Shown one piece after another: positions 36,401-49,600 of a stretch of DNA of 64,000 nucleotides. Made by a program: the position numbers and the translations under genes. The stretch lies in NCBI GenBank assembly GCA_043228905.1, contig JBHGNT010000015.1, positions 13,020,001-13,084,000 on the forward strand, written 5' to 3'. Under the pieces are notes generated by a model, which had not been told where the DNA came from, made no database searches, and saw only the letters and a program-made list of their open reading frames with translations. The first letter of the stretch is position 1. Each line of letters starts with the position of its first letter. Origin of the DNA: Azolla caroliniana (lineage: Eukaryota; Plantae; Polypodiophyta).

Positions 36401-37376
36401 CCAAAGCAGGCTTTAAACTCACTAATAAAATCTTCAAAGTTATTAAGCAAGGGTGATTGTTTTTCTAGAAGCAGAGTGAACCATGCTAAGGCTGAGCCAC
36501 TAAGCAACGTACCTATTAAGCCGACTCGGGATGCATCAGTGGGATATTAGGAAGGATGCATTTGGAGGACTAATCGTACCTGATTAAGGAATCCCCTAAA
36601 TTGCGATCGCGTTCCATCAAATTTCACAGGAAGTCCAATCTTCGGCTCTTTACGAAATCCTTGGGGACTTGATCCTTGTTGTTGTAATGCCGATTCGAGT
36701 TGTTGCACCCGTAATGCTAACTCCCCATGCTGTTGCTGCATTTGTTGTTGGTCTAGAGCGATTTGTTGCAGATCCCCTATCATCCGTTGGTTTTCTTGTT
36801 CCAAGGCAACAAATTTTTCTTTTAAGTATTGTAGCTTGGAGAAAACGGATTGATATTCTTGGGCGCTAACAGTAGCCATAGTATAGGGAAAAGGGTAGGA
36901 GGGTGAGGGAGAACGACAAGTAGGTTGGAGGACCGGCAAATTGGTTCAAACTGTCAGGAATAGTACTAAAGCAGAGATGGAATTAGTACTGAAGAAGAGC
37001 AGTACTATTAGTACTAAGAGGACGGAACTGCGTAAGACTCCCGAGAGAGAGAGAAAGAGAGAAGCGAAAAGAGAGAAGGATGATGACAACAACTCTTATA
37101 TTATATGAAAGATAAGTACAAATCGGCTAAGAGGCTTAAGACTGGTGTTGAACCAATTTGGTTCAACATAATGCCTAGTGCCTTCTTTTATAGTGTTGTC
37201 AGGAGTAATCCTGAAACTTCTAGAATGTTGTAGAGAAATCTGGAATATACATTACTTTCTTATAATAAAACATACATGAAAATAATATCCTATGAATTAC
37301 AATAGATGGTCTGATGGTTAAGAGCTCGACCCATATACCATAAGGTTATGGGTCCGAGTCTTGCCATATCATGACA
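33491..37376 (-). mobile_element. Ty3/Gypsy chromovirus (Gypsy-B, same family as Gypsy-C), 3' half deleted
   Basis: 5' LTR 36952-37376 homologous to 45355-45787; gag, protease LLDSGA, RT YLDD and RNase H remnants; fused at 33490/33491 to the Gypsy-A LTR. Confidence 0.92.
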
Positions 37377-39547
37377 GAATCCACTAGGTAAAACCCAAAA
37401 TTTGTATTAATAATGTGAAATCCAAACAAATCATCAGCTTGAGCTACCGAGTACCCTTGGTCCATACTATGAAAGACAACTATTCGCCACAAGGATGCAG
37501 TTGTTAGCTCAGCGAAATCCTTGACCATCCTCTAACGGTTCATCATCGTATGATGACCCAACCATTCGAAATCCATAAGGAATATCCGCAATCATTAGCG
37601 TATATTCCTTCTTTGGCACTTTTTGGATCAAGTCAATGACATCGCCGCAAACCACATTGTAGTAAAGATCTCTCATATAATATCTTTTTTGTGGCTAAAT
37701 TTTTTAAAGAAGCCATCTTCCTCTATTTCATACGCCTTGACTAAGCGACGATCCTTTTCTTTTCTGGCTCGCTTGAGATGTGCAAGGAAGGATGTAGGGA
37801 AATCGTGTATATCCTTAACTTCTCCTTGTTTCTTGGCTCGATACGGTTTCTAATAGAAGCAATAGGACATCAGGTATTATTATACAAGCTCTACATATGA
37901 TGAAAGGGTAATGAAAAACCATCAATACTAACCCAATCCTTGAATGCAATAAAATACTCTGATAACGCCTTATATGAAGACGTTAGAGGATAATCCTCGG
38001 TCACTTGTTCCCAAGTTATACATCCAAGTTGTTTCATCATAACTTCTTGGATCTTCATGTACACCTTATGACTGTAATATTAGAAATCAAGATTAGAACT
38101 TTGAATTACACCATATAGACTTGAATATTAGTATTTGAAAGACTTACTTATTGAACTCAGTGACCATTTCTTCAAGGCTTAAATCTTTCGCCACAACCCT
38201 TGACAAAACAGACACAAGAAGTTGGTCGTCCTTAATACCCTGCATCGCTCTCCACAGAGATAGCTTCATTTCGTTTGCCTCTTCTTCAATTGTCAAGTCA
38301 ATTTTCTTGGCGGCTTGTGACTTGAACTCTAGTTGAGGGTCAACCTTACATTTCTTTTGTGGTTGACACTTTACCTCCTTATTCTCCCACATTGAGAAGA
38401 TTTGATCTTGTAGGTCCCATACTTCTCCATCTCTAAACGCCAATTGAAACCAAGACTCATATTCTCGAAGACCATCGGACTTAACATTATCATCTACAAC
38501 AATGCCGACTTCATGCAGACATTGACGTCGTAGGCCTGGACGTAACTTCACACCAAACTTTTGTTTCACGTCCAAATACTCGTGGTGGAAGAACTGTATA
38601 CGCTCAATGGACGACATTTTCTGCCTATAGTTATTATCATTATTATGGTCCCATGCCAACAGCTTAGCCTCTTCGGTTGTGAGCCCAACATAAATTTTGC
38701 ACTCGGCATACTTGAAGAAGAAAGTCGTTGGATGTTCTCTCACAAGTTGCCGACGTGCCTCCGCTGAATGCGATCCACGAATGACAAAGTAATTATATTG
38801 ATCATGCTTTCTAATATCAAAATCTTCAATGGTTTCACATTCTTAAGGATCTACCATAACAATAAAAGGCACCACAGTGGCATGAGGATTAATTTTCATG
38901 TTTTTCTTGAGATTTTGAACATGCATGCGATGTGGCTCTCTAATCTCAAGTGGTCGTCGACCTGTTTTTTCATCAATAGGGGGCCGATGGATGTGTGTTA
39001 TAGGCAAATTAAACACTTGCGCTTTCCTGACTAGTTTACGCTGCATTAACTCTCTCCTTATCTTATTCTGCTCGGATGACAAAACACCCGATGCCAGCTC
39101 AGCTCCTGGCGTCCCCTTATTGTCCTCCTATTCGTTTTCACTTGTTGAATCAGAGTCTAACATTTTGGTTGTCTTCTTCTTTGGTGGTCTTGACTGGACT
39201 TTGGATACCCTTTTTATGGCCTTCAATGGGGAGGGCACTTCATCTCTTAGAGTTACATGGCCTTGTATATAAGGCCTCAAGGTAACAATAAGGTTTTGTG
39301 AGCTTTCAAGATTTTTTATGAACGCTTATGGCCCACAAGATTCCTTTACTAAAAGATCTTCTGAAAGGAACACTTTACCTACCCCCTTGGAGCACTCTAT
39401 CATTACCAGTATGTTGGCCGAATCTGCATCTTCGTAGTCAAATCGTAGAATACGGCCACACATAAATGGGGTTTCCTTTCCAAGTTGCCCCTCCCCCTTC
39501 TTCTTTGTTGTATACAATACGTCTTTTTTCTTTGAGTCGACATATTG

Positions 39548-42500
39548 TATTAGAAATATTGAGAATCGAGTAGATAGGTATATAGAGTTACAACTGCAGA
39601 GATGGATATATGAAAACAGAATTTCTATTACATATGAGAGTAGTTCAAAATGGTAGTTTTCCCATGCGCTCACACCTTAGAGCTTAGATAGGATATGGAC
39701 GGGCTCACTACAAAATTAGTGGGGACTGATGATCAATCTAACCACTGTGTGAGAAAAGTGACTTATAATCTATGTTTGGTCTTAGTATAAATGTGCAAGT
39801 CAGTTGACAGTAGTGGAGATATTCCTTTTCTGTCAACTGACTTGTCATTTAATATGACCCAACTCCCTAGGTACAGGCTAGTGCTAGATAATACTTATCT
39901 TGAAGTCAATGACGCATACTTCAAGACTAAGTACATCGTAACTTGCCCACAAAATATTCTAGCTGACTTGATTAGCCAATCCTTTTATCTATTTCTCTCT
40001 TTCCTAAATATATTGTGTCCTACGCATCTACGGTTTCCTAGATTAACACCTTATCGACCCATATGGTCGAGTTGCACACTAGCCGCTCCTCATTTGGGGC
40101 GCTATCACAAAATGTGCACTCTAAGAGCACATATGGGGATAGATTTACAACTTGGGGCTGATCATGGATTATATCTAACACGCCCCCTCAATGATCAACC
40201 CATTGAGTTCACTTGGAATTGGGCCAACACCTAGTCGTCGAAGGTGTTGTTGCAACTGTTCTGCTCCAAGCGCCTTTGTGAAGATATCTGCAGCATTTTC
40301 TGATGTTGGACAGTACTCAAGCTCCACAATCTCATCATTTATTAGCTCCCGCACATAGTGATACTGAATCTCTATGTGTTTAGTACGTGCATGAAATACG
40401 GGGTTCTTGGCAATGGCCATGCAACTCTGATTGTCACACCTCAATACCGTTGCCGTCCTTATTGGGACTGCCACATCCATAAGGATTCTTCTTAGCCAAA
40501 CTACCTCGCATGCCGCTATGCATGCTGCTTTGTATTCTGCCTCCGTTGAAGATAGTGCCACTGTTGGTTGTTTTTTACTACTCCATGAAACAGCTCCAGA
40601 TCCTATTGAAAAACAATATCCAGAAACTGATTTTCTGGAATCACTATCTCCAGCCCAATCGGAGTCGCAATATCCACTAAGTTGGTCAATTGTTGGCTTG
40701 TAGAAGATTCCATAATTTAAAGTACCCACAATGTACTTTAATACACGTAGAGCAGCTTTCCAATGAGTCTCCTTCGGCTTGTTGCTGAATCGACTCACCA
40801 CATTGACTGCAAAACAAATATCCGGCCTAGTGTTGCATAGGAAAATTAGACTTCCTACTAGTTGTCTATACTTCCTTATGTCAACCATTGGTGATGAGTC
40901 TTCTTGGGATAGCTTGCAGTTTGACTCCATTGGAGTCGACTTCGACTTGCTGTCCATCATCCCGAAGGTCTTCAAGATCTCTGTTGCATACTTTCTTTGT
41001 GACATGAAGATGCCGACCGAGGTTTGCCAAACCTCAATTCCAAGGAAGTAGTGTAGAATCCCCAAGTCTGTCATTTCAAACTCAGTTTTCAAACACTCTT
41101 GTGTTTGGCCAATGCACTCTTCATGGTCACCAGTAAGTACTAGATCATCCACATAAATGATAATGATGACTTGTTTCCCGTCCTTCATTTTGACATACAT
41201 ACTTGCATCCGAAGCACATTGCTTAAAGTCGATTGATCGTAAGAAGCTGTCTATCCTCTTGTTCCAAGCTCTTGGTGCTTGCTTTAGACCATATAGTGCC
41301 TTCTTCAGCTTGCAAACTTTGTTTTCTGAATTCGGTATCTCAAACCCCGGTGGTTGTGTCACATATACCTCCTCCTTGAGATGCCCATTCAGAAATGCTG
41401 ATTTGACATCCATTTGATAAATCGACCATCCTCTTGAAGCAGCCAACGCTATGACCATTCGAATTGTTGTCATGCGAGCTGTCGGGGCAAATGTTTCTTG
41501 TACATCGAACCCTTCAATTTGGGAGTATCCTTGCGCTACTAGCCTGGCCTTGAATTTCTCCAAAGAGCCATCAGCTTTATACTTTACTTTCCATACCCAC
41601 TTCGTGCCTATCACCTTCTTCTTTGTTGGCCTCTCTACCAACTCCCATGTGTCATTTTTCATGATGCTATCATATTCTGATATCATCGCCTCTTTCCACT
41701 TCGGGTCGGCCATAGCTTCCTCCACCGAGGTCGGCTCACTCACTGAGCCTATGATGTCCACCATCAGAGCCATGTTGACAATGTGGTCAGAGGTTCTTCC
41801 TTGCTCCTGTATTCTTCTTGATCTTCGTAATCCATCAGTTGAAGTTTCAGGAAACTCAACTTTAGGAGTATGATCATTGAAGAGTTGTTGAGCCCACTTA
41901 GGTATTTTCTTTACATGTGGGACTGGCATAGGCTGAACTAGTGAACCATTACCATCAGATGGTTCAACTTCCTTTTTTGGATAATGGGTCGGGATTGGGT
42001 AAAATACTTCTTCAGTTGATGAGATAACTTGAGAATCGTTGTTCTCAGCTAGCTGTGGTTGTTCCTCATCGAACACCACATCGCGGCTTGTCAATATCTT
42101 TCTTGCCTCTGGATCGTAGAGTCGATAGGCCTTTGACTCTTCACTATATCCGAGAAAGATACACTTTTTGCTTTTAGCATCCAGCTTCTTTCTGCTCACA
42201 TCTGGAATATGTGCGTAGCACATACACCCAAAGGTTCTGAAGTGCAGCACTGAAGGTTTCTTGCCTGAATAAGCTTCTTGGGGTGTTTTCCCTTGAAGTG
42301 CCGTCGTGTAGCTCCAATTGAGGATGTAAACTGCTGTGTTCACTGCTTCAGCCCAGAATGGGTCGGGCAGCGCTTGTGCCTTCAACATACACCTAGCCAT
42401 CTCGACAACTGTTCGATTTCGACGTTCGACAACGCCATTTTGTTGTGGGGTGTAGGCAGTTGTAAGTTGGCGCTTAATTCCATGCTCTTTGCAATACTCA

Positions 42501-45009
42501 CAGAATTCTATTGATAAGAATTCTCCACCTCGATCAGAGCGTAGCTCCTTCACTAACTTTCCAGACTCTCGCTCGACAAACTTATGCCATCTTTTGAAGA
42601 TTTTAAAAGCTTCAGCCTTCTCCCGAAGGAAGTAAACCCACATCTTTCTGCTGAAGTCGTCGACTATTAGCATATAGTAGAGAGATCCACCCATTGCAGG
42701 AGTCACCATTTTTCCAGAGAGGTCAATGTGTATTAGCTGTAGAGGAGTCTTTGCCCGATTTTGACTCTCTTTTGGAATGGCTGATCTTTGATGCTTGCCC
42801 ATCATACAAGCATCACAAACATGACCTAAGTCAGATAAGGTTGGCAACCCAACTACCATATTCGACTTCTTCATCTCCTTCAACACAGCAACGTTGAGAT
42901 GCCCAAATCTCTCATGCCATTGCTTTGTGTTGGTACTTGTGCTGTGGTCAGTAGAAATGGTAAACGCGCTCAGCTCATAGAGATTGTTGCGCCTCACCCC
43001 TATTCCTACAACCTTGCCAGCAGAATCTGTTATTTCTGCACCCGACTTCTTGAATCGAACATCAAGACCCTTGTCAGTCAGTGCAGAAATGGACAGTAGA
43101 TTCTTCTTCAGATCTGGCACGTACAACACTTGAGAGAGATGCTTTGTCCCACCGGTCGTTGCTTTGAGGGAGACGGTTCCGGTTCCTTTGGCCGGACATC
43201 GAGCATTGTTCCCGACCACAACATTGATGGGCTCTTGTAGAGGTGTCCAAGAACTGTACCAGTCACGATTACTGGTCATATGTCGGGATGCTCCACTATC
43301 GAGAATCCAAGACTCATCAACAACTTGAGTGTCAGCTGAAGAACACACTTCTTCAGTTGCGACCCATAACTCAAGTTCATCTACGACATTGTTAGCGGAC
43401 TCGGGCTCTCTCCAAGAAGTCTTATTAGAACCATTCTTCTCATCCGCCATCTTCTTTCGACAATCCTTGATTGTGTGACCCTTCTTGTCACAGTAGAAAC
43501 ACGATCCATTGAACTTCTTCTTCTTCGGTATCCTATTCGCATTGTTTGAATTGGATGCCCCTTCACCCTTAGTCCTAGAGACAAATGCTGAATCTTCCCT
43601 TTCTTCTCTTGTCTTCAGCCGAAGCTCCTCTTCAAGCAGCATTGCACTTAGTTCATCAAATTTTAAAGGAGTGGGTCGAACCTGAGTGTTCAATGCTGTC
43701 ACAATGCCATCATACTTGAAAGGAAGTACTCGAATGCACCGACGAGCCATATCCTCTTGAGAGACGACTACTCCAACAGCCGCCAACTGATCTTGAAGAT
43801 CCTTAATCCTTTTTACAAAGGATTCTACTTTCTCTCCATCAGCGAGCTTCTCTGCAGCAAGCTGATTTTCGAGGTTTTGTATCCTTGTATAGTTTCTGGT
43901 CTCATACTGGCTGGCCAATATGCTCCAAGCTTCATGTGCCCTAGTTGTATGTTGCACTAGTGTTAGTACGGAGTCACATACACCAGTGACTATGGTACAT
44001 AGCGCATCAGCATTCCTTCTCTTCCAGGCTCGAAGTAGATCAGCATTTGGAGGAATTGATGTGGTAGGGTGTGCAGGGTCAAAGGTTGCCATGGGCTCAG
44101 GGTCTCCCCCTGTGGGTCCCATGATTGTTTCCAACAACTCGTAGGAATCCAAAATGGCAGACATTTTGAACTTCCATAGAGTGTAGTTGGTTCCATCTAG
44201 CTTTCCATCAGACAATGGAGGTGGGCGAATGCGCAATGGAGCAGCTGCAACATTCGTGGACAAGGCCATTGATACTCTGTCTCTCTCTCTCTCTCTCTCT
44301 CTCTATTTATCTCTGTTGCTAGACAGCAACTACCCGTATATAGCTAATCTAGATCAACCTCTTCGCTCTGATACCATATTAGAAATATTGAGAATCGAGT
44401 AGATAGGTATATAGAGTTACAACTGCAGAGATGGATATATGAAAACAGAATTTCTATTACATATGAGAGTAGTTCAAAATGGTAGTTTTCCCATGCGCTC
44501 ACACCTTAGAGCTTAGATAGGATATGGACGGGCTCACTACAAAATTAGTGGGGACTGATGATCAATCTAACCACTGTGTGAGAAAAGTGACTTATAATCT
44601 ATGTTTGGTCTTAGTATAAATGTGCAAGTCAGTTGACAGTAGTGGAGATATTCCTTTTCTGTCAACTGACTTGTCATTTAATATGACCCAACTCCCTAGG
44701 TACAGGCTAGTGCTAGATAATGCTTATCTTGAAGTCAATGACGCATACTTCAAGACTAAGTACATCGTAACTTGCCCACAAAATATTCTAGCTGACTTGA
44801 TTAGCCAATCCTTTTATCTATTTCTCTCTTTCCTAAATATATTGTGTCCTACGCATCTACGGTTTCCTAGATTAACACCTTATCGACCCATATGGTCGAG
44901 TTGCACACTAGCCGCTCCTCATTTGGGGCGCTATCACAAAATGTGCACTCTAAGAGCACATATGGGGATAGATTTACAACTTGGGGCTGATCATTGATTA
45001 TATCTAACA
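39548..45009 (-). mobile_element. Intact, very young Ty1/Copia (Copia-3)
   Basis: 633-bp LTRs 39548-40180 and 44377-45009 with about 2 differences by eye; 5-bp TSD tattg; PBS tggtatcagagc (tRNA-iMet); PPT gagggggcg. Confidence 0.98.
40175..44269 (-). CDS. gag-pol: Copia gag-pol polyprotein, uninterrupted 1364 aa
   Basis: Gag [21 protein letters not shown], protease WILDSGAS, integrase D-D-E, RT YVDD, RNase H YCDSDWAG. Confidence 0.98.
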   Translation of the reverse strand: MALSTNVAAAPLRIRPPPLSDGKLDGTNYTLWKFKMSAILDSYELLETIMGPTGGDPEPMATFDPAHPTTSIPPNADLLRAWKRRNADALCTIVTGVCDSVLTLVQHTTRAHEAWSILASQYETRNYTRIQNLENQLAAEKLADGEKVESFVKRIKDLQDQLAAVGVVVSQEDMARRCIRVLPFKYDGIVTALNTQVRPTPLKFDELSAMLLEEELRLKTREEREDSAFVSRTKGEGASNSNNANRIPKKKKFNGSCFYCDKKGHTIKDCRKKMADEKNGSNKTSWREPESANNVVDELELWVATEEVCSSADTQVVDESWILDSGASRHMTSNRDWYSSWTPLQEPINVVVGNNARCPAKGTGTVSLKATTGGTKHLSQVLYVPDLKKNLLSISALTDKGLDVRFKKSGAEITDSAGKVVGIGVRRNNLYELSAFTISTDHSTSTNTKQWHERFGHLNVAVLKEMKKSNMVVGLPTLSDLGHVCDACMMGKHQRSAIPKESQNRAKTPLQLIHIDLSGKMVTPAMGGSLYYMLIVDDFSRKMWVYFLREKAEAFKIFKRWHKFVERESGKLVKELRSDRGGEFLSIEFCEYCKEHGIKRQLTTAYTPQQNGVVERRNRTVVEMARCMLKAQALPDPFWAEAVNTAVYILNWSYTTALQGKTPQEAYSGKKPSVLHFRTFGCMCYAHIPDVSRKKLDAKSKKCIFLGYSEESKAYRLYDPEARKILTSRDVVFDEEQPQLAENNDSQVISSTEEVFYPIPTHYPKKEVEPSDGNGSLVQPMPVPHVKKIPKWAQQLFNDHTPKVEFPETSTDGLRRSRRIQEQGRTSDHIVNMALMVDIIGSVSEPTSVEEAMADPKWKEAMISEYDSIMKNDTWELVERPTKKKVIGTKWVWKVKYKADGSLEKFKARLVAQGYSQIEGFDVQETFAPTARMTTIRMVIALAASRGWSIYQMDVKSAFLNGHLKEEVYVTQPPGFEIPNSENKVCKLKKALYGLKQAPRAWNKRIDSFLRSIDFKQCASDASMYVKMKDGKQVIIIIYVDDLVLTGDHEECIGQTQECLKTEFEMTDLGILHYFLGIEVWQTSVGIFMSQRKYATEILKTFGMMDSKSKSTPMESNCKLSQEDSSPMVDIRKYRQLVGSLIFLCNTRPDICFAVNVVSRFSNKPKETHWKAALRVLKYIVGTLNYGIFYKPTIDQLSGYCDSDWAGDSDSRKSVSGYCFSIGSGAVSWSSKKQPTVALSSTEAEYKAACIAACEVVWLRRILMDVAVPIRTATVLRCDNQSCMAIAKNPVFHARTKHIEIQYHYVRELINDEIVELEYCPTSENAADIFTKALGAEQLQQHLRRLGVGPIPSELNGLIIEGAC

Positions 45010-45883
45010 TATTGCATACACCATTCCTTGTCTGTTAGATCACGGTCAGGAAGATCTTCACCTCCAGTAGCTGCTACAAGTTTGTTTTGGCTAACGTCAA
45101 TGTGTGGTTGAGATTTTGTCTCCTCGTTGAAGAGAAGCTTTTTTCCTCTCTTCATGGACTCAGGAACTACCATGGTCTGGGCTTCGATTGGAGAACCATG
45201 TATGCGAAGCTTTATTTTCTTCACGGGTCGGTCCTACAGGTTCTCAAATGACCTATTTAAGAAAGTACATGCAAAAACATAAGTTAGGTCGTCACGTAGA
45301 TTAAGGTTGTATATTAAAATATAAATAAGTAGATGAAGAACGGTTCTTACTAGCTGTCATGATATGGCAAGACTCGAACCCATGACCTTATGCTACATGG
45401 GTCGAGCTCTTGATCATTAGACTATACATTGTAATACGTAGAATATTATTTTCATCTATGTTTTATTATAGAAAATTGATGTATATTCCAGATTTCTCTG
45501 GAACATTCTAGAAACTTCAGGAGTATTCCTTAGAACACTATAAAAGGAGGCACGAGGCATTATTTCGAACCAAATCGGTTCAACGACAGTCTTAAGCCTC
45601 CTAGCTACTACTGTACATTCTCTTCACATAATATATATCTTTTCTTATCATCTCTCTCTCTCTCACTCACTCTCTCTCTCTCTCCCTCTCACTCACTCTT
45701 TCCTTCTCTCGAGAGTTCTTCACCTCTCTTAGTACTAATACTTCTTTTAGTACTAATTCCTTCTCTGTCTTAGTACTATTCCTGACAGTTTGAACCGATT
45801 TTTGGTCGATCTTCCTTTCCTCCTCTTCCTTTCCTCCTATTCCTTTTATCTTCTATATTAATCCTCTTGTCCTCCCTAGTAAA

Positions 45884-47026
45884 ATGGAAACTGTTAGCGC
45901 TCAGGAATACCAATCTGTTTTCTCGGAGCTCCAATGCTTAAAAGAGAAATTTGTAGCACTAGAACAAGAAAATCATCCCTTGTTGGGGGATCTTCAACAA
46001 ATAGTGCTGGAAAAACAACAACAACACGGGGAGTTGACACTACGTCTACAACAACTCGAAGCGACTATCATATCATTACAACAACAAGGATCAAGCACTC
46101 AAGGGATTCACAAAGAACCCAAGATCGGTCTTCCTGCAAAATTTCATGGGACCCGATCACAGTTTAGAGGGTTTTTGAATCAGGCACGTTTAGTGATACA
46201 AATGCATCCTTCTCGTTATCCCACAGATGCATCACGAGTGGGACTAGTAGGCACTCTGCTTAGTGGCTCAGCGTTAGCATGGTTTGCTCCATTGTTGGAA
46301 AAGGATTCTCCATTATTAAACAGTTTTGAAGAATTTATAAGTGAGTTTAAGGCCTATTTTGGAGATACTGACAGAATTAGGACTGCAATGAACAAAATCC
46401 GGCGATTACGCCAGGGTGATCGTCCAGCTTCCGCATACGCTGCAGATTTCCACCTACTCGTTGCCGATATCCCTTGGGATGATCACGCATTGATGGAGCA
46501 ATTCCGTTATGGCTTACGCAACGATGTCAAGGATTTACTCTTGACCTTCCCCGAAGAGCCAAAGTCATTAACAACAGCAATTAGTCGCGCGGTGAGATGC
46601 GACAACCGCCTCTTCGAACGACGTTCAGAACGACAATTCCAGATTCCGAGGGCAAGATCAGAGCCTACCTATGCCTCAGTGGTAGCGAAACCTTTTCCAA
46701 GGGAGTCATATAATGCGCCTCCAGCAAGTACTCCAACTCCGATGGAAATTGACACCACACATCGTTGTGGACCGCTATCGGAAGAAGAAAAGCAACGACG
46801 CCGAGCAAACCGACTATGTCTTTATTGCGGTGGATCAGGGCATATCGCGGTAAATTGTCCCCATAGGCCAAGAAGGCAGGTAAACCAAATAGTTGCTAGT
46901 TCTAATTGTACTAAACCCGAGTCTATTTCAGTAGGGATATCTGATAGTCCTAATAGTACTAATAGCCCAAATCTAGCGAACAAATTTGATGTCCTTAGTC
47001 AGTTAGAAGAAGAGTTAAACGACTAA
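45884..47026 (+). CDS. gag: Gypsy-C Gag, 380 aa
   Basis: Retrotransposon gag (LRQG..ASAYAADF), PMEID, CLYCGGSGHIAVNCP. Confidence 0.93.
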   Translation: METVSAQEYQSVFSELQCLKEKFVALEQENHPLLGDLQQIVLEKQQQHGELTLRLQQLEATIISLQQQGSSTQGIHKEPKIGLPAKFHGTRSQFRGFLNQARLVIQMHPSRYPTDASRVGLVGTLLSGSALAWFAPLLEKDSPLLNSFEEFISEFKAYFGDTDRIRTAMNKIRRLRQGDRPASAYAADFHLLVADIPWDDHALMEQFRYGLRNDVKDLLLTFPEEPKSLTTAISRAVRCDNRLFERRSERQFQIPRARSEPTYASVVAKPFPRESYNAPPASTPTPMEIDTTHRCGPLSEEEKQRRRANRLCLYCGGSGHIAVNCPHRPRRQVNQIVASSNCTKPESISVGISDSPNSTNSPNLANKFDVLSQLEEELND

Positions 47027-47052
47027 TTCCAGCCAAAATAGGAGTCGTTTGG

Positions 47053-48450
47053 TTGGACAGCCCTAGATCTGTGCAGCCCATTAGTGGTTCCATTCCCTCT
47101 AAGCAAGTTAGCAATGTGTTCATAGCCCAAGTAACTGTTAGTACTAAAAGTACTCCTCCAGTATATGTCTTAGCACTTCTAGATTCTGGAGCTAATTCTT
47201 GCTTCATGGATAGGAAATTTGCCCAAGCTCATCAGATATCTCTCAGAAAACTCACGTGTCCTGCCCTTGTAGTAGTCGTCGATGGTCGTCCCATTGCCTC
47301 AAGAAATATCATAGAAGAGTCAGAGTCCGTTAATGTTGTCCTAGATAATCTAGCATGTGTCATATCATTTAATATAATTAGCATCCCAGAACACCCCATT
47401 GTCTTAGGATTACCATGGTTCGAATTACATAACCCAGACATAGATTGGCAGACAAGAGAAATCCGGCATCGAAAAGCCCAAGGGTCTACTCATGAGATTG
47501 CAACGATTTCACTACATCAGTTGCGTGAGGAAGGATGCAAGGAAGAAATGTTCCTCTTCGCAATATCAGTAAACCCCTCCATCACCACTAAAGAGGATTC
47601 CACCGTTCAACTTCCAGAGAAGTATCATCAGTATGCCGATGTGTTTGATAAAGTACAAGCCAGTACGCTTCCTCACCATCGACCATATGATTGCCCCATC
47701 GATTTACAACCGGGGAAAGAGCCACCTTGGGGACCGATCTACAATTTGTCACCAACCGAACTGGAAGTCCTTCGAGCCTATATAGAGGAGAATTTGGAGA
47801 ATGGTTTCATACGACATTCGAAATCTCCAGCCGGTGCACCCATTTTCTTCGTCAAGAAAAAGGATGGCTCACTTCGGCTCGTTGTAGATTACCGTGGCTT
47901 GAATAAGGTTACAATCCGAAATAGGTATGCACTCCCCCTTATCTCAAGTCTTTTAGAACGGATCAATGGTGCCAGGTTCTTCACGAAGATTGACTTACGG
48001 GGGGGAGCCTATAACCTCGTACGGATCCGACCAGGAGATGAATGGAAGACCGCATTCCGCACCAGATATGGGCACTTCGAGTATACGGTCATGCCGTTCG
48101 GCCTCACTAATGCGCCAACAGTCTTCCAGCACATGGCAAATGATATTTTCCGAGATCTCTTGGATGTGTGTCTAATCATCTATTTGGATGATCTACTGGT
48201 TTACTCGAAGACCCAGGAAGAGCATGATTCTCATGTACTATTAGTACTAAAACGACTTCGAGAACATGGTCTCTATGCAAAGCTGGAAAAATGTAGTTTC
48301 GGGTGCAACCAGGTGGAATTTCTCGGCTATGTCATTTCCTCAGAAGACATCTCCATGGACCCAGCTAAGGTCAAAACGGTGGTAGAATGGCAAACTCCGT
48401 GTTCGGTGTGGGATGTGCAATGCTTTCTAGGCTTTGCCAATTTTTATCGT
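47053..48450 (+). CDS. pol: Gypsy-C Pol, 5' part (protease, RT), interrupted by Gypsy-D
   Basis: LLDSGA, VDYRGLN, MPFGLTNAP, YLDD, FLGFANFYR. Confidence 0.93.
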
Positions 48451-49600
48451 TGTCGTGAAGATTTTCGGCAATAGTGTGAAAATCCCATAAAACGTACGAA
48501 ACCGAGTATGAATCACGTAATACAATAATTGTGAAGATAACATTTTTAATATCTAAGTACAAAATGATGGAGGGATGTCGTGAAGATTTTCGGCAATAGT
48601 GTGAAAATCCCATAAAACGTACGAAATCGAGTATGAATCACGTAGTACAATAATTGTGAAGATAACATTTTAAATAGATTTAATATCTAAGTACAAAATG
48701 ATGGAGGTTTCGAATGCACTTTATTACATGAGAAACAGACAACTAAATGTCAAGATATGAGGGTATAAAGTTTGTAAAAGGAAAGGAGAAAATTGTGAGA
48801 TATCCCACATAGGCACGACAAATACAGCTCTCATCATATATAAGGTGGAGCAAAAGATATTATCTTTGTGTCTATGTGTGGAGCATAGAGAGTTCAAGGT
48901 AACTTGAACTAAGAGTGGAGGTGGGCTAGCTACTCGTAAAGGGTTTTGGCCAACCAAAACCGGACCGGCGATGGAGCCGATGATCCGGTGGCATCCGGCG
49001 AGGCACCGATAACCGACGGTATCCGGCGAACCAATAAATATATAAATATATATACATATTTACATATACAAGGAGGGCAAGTAAGGATTTGAACCTTGCA
49101 CCTCCAAGTTAGGAGTCAAATGGCTTACCATTAAGCCATGCTATTTAGTTGAAATTATATTTCTATCATTGTACTTTTACATGTAAATTCTCATACATGA
49201 GAACTAAAATGAGTGACGTGGTTATCATGCACCACATGTAATACATAAGCGCCAAATGGCAAACATGCAATTTATGCATGTCTTGTACCCTCACATGCAT
49301 CATATGCATGAGAGCATCTATAAAAGAGCGAAGGGGGAGGAGAAAAAACACGGTTTTTTTTATGAAAATTAAGAGGAAGAAATTCATTATCAAATTGATC
49401 GTGTAATCTCAACTTCTCTCTTTCCCAATCTATCTTAAGTACTTTCTCGCCAAAGCTTGTATCGACTCTAAATCCTTCTGGTCCAGAACCCCGGCGGTTT
49501 CGCCTCACGATCCGCGAATAGTGACGGATCTTGACGACATAATTAAGTGGTGAACCCGACATGAACGAGGTGGTAGGAAGGATCAAGTCGAGATTAATAC

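Noticed and set aside
39791-40234. 147-aa ORF duplicated at 44620
   Set aside because: Lies in the Copia-3 LTRs, antisense; no recognisable domain
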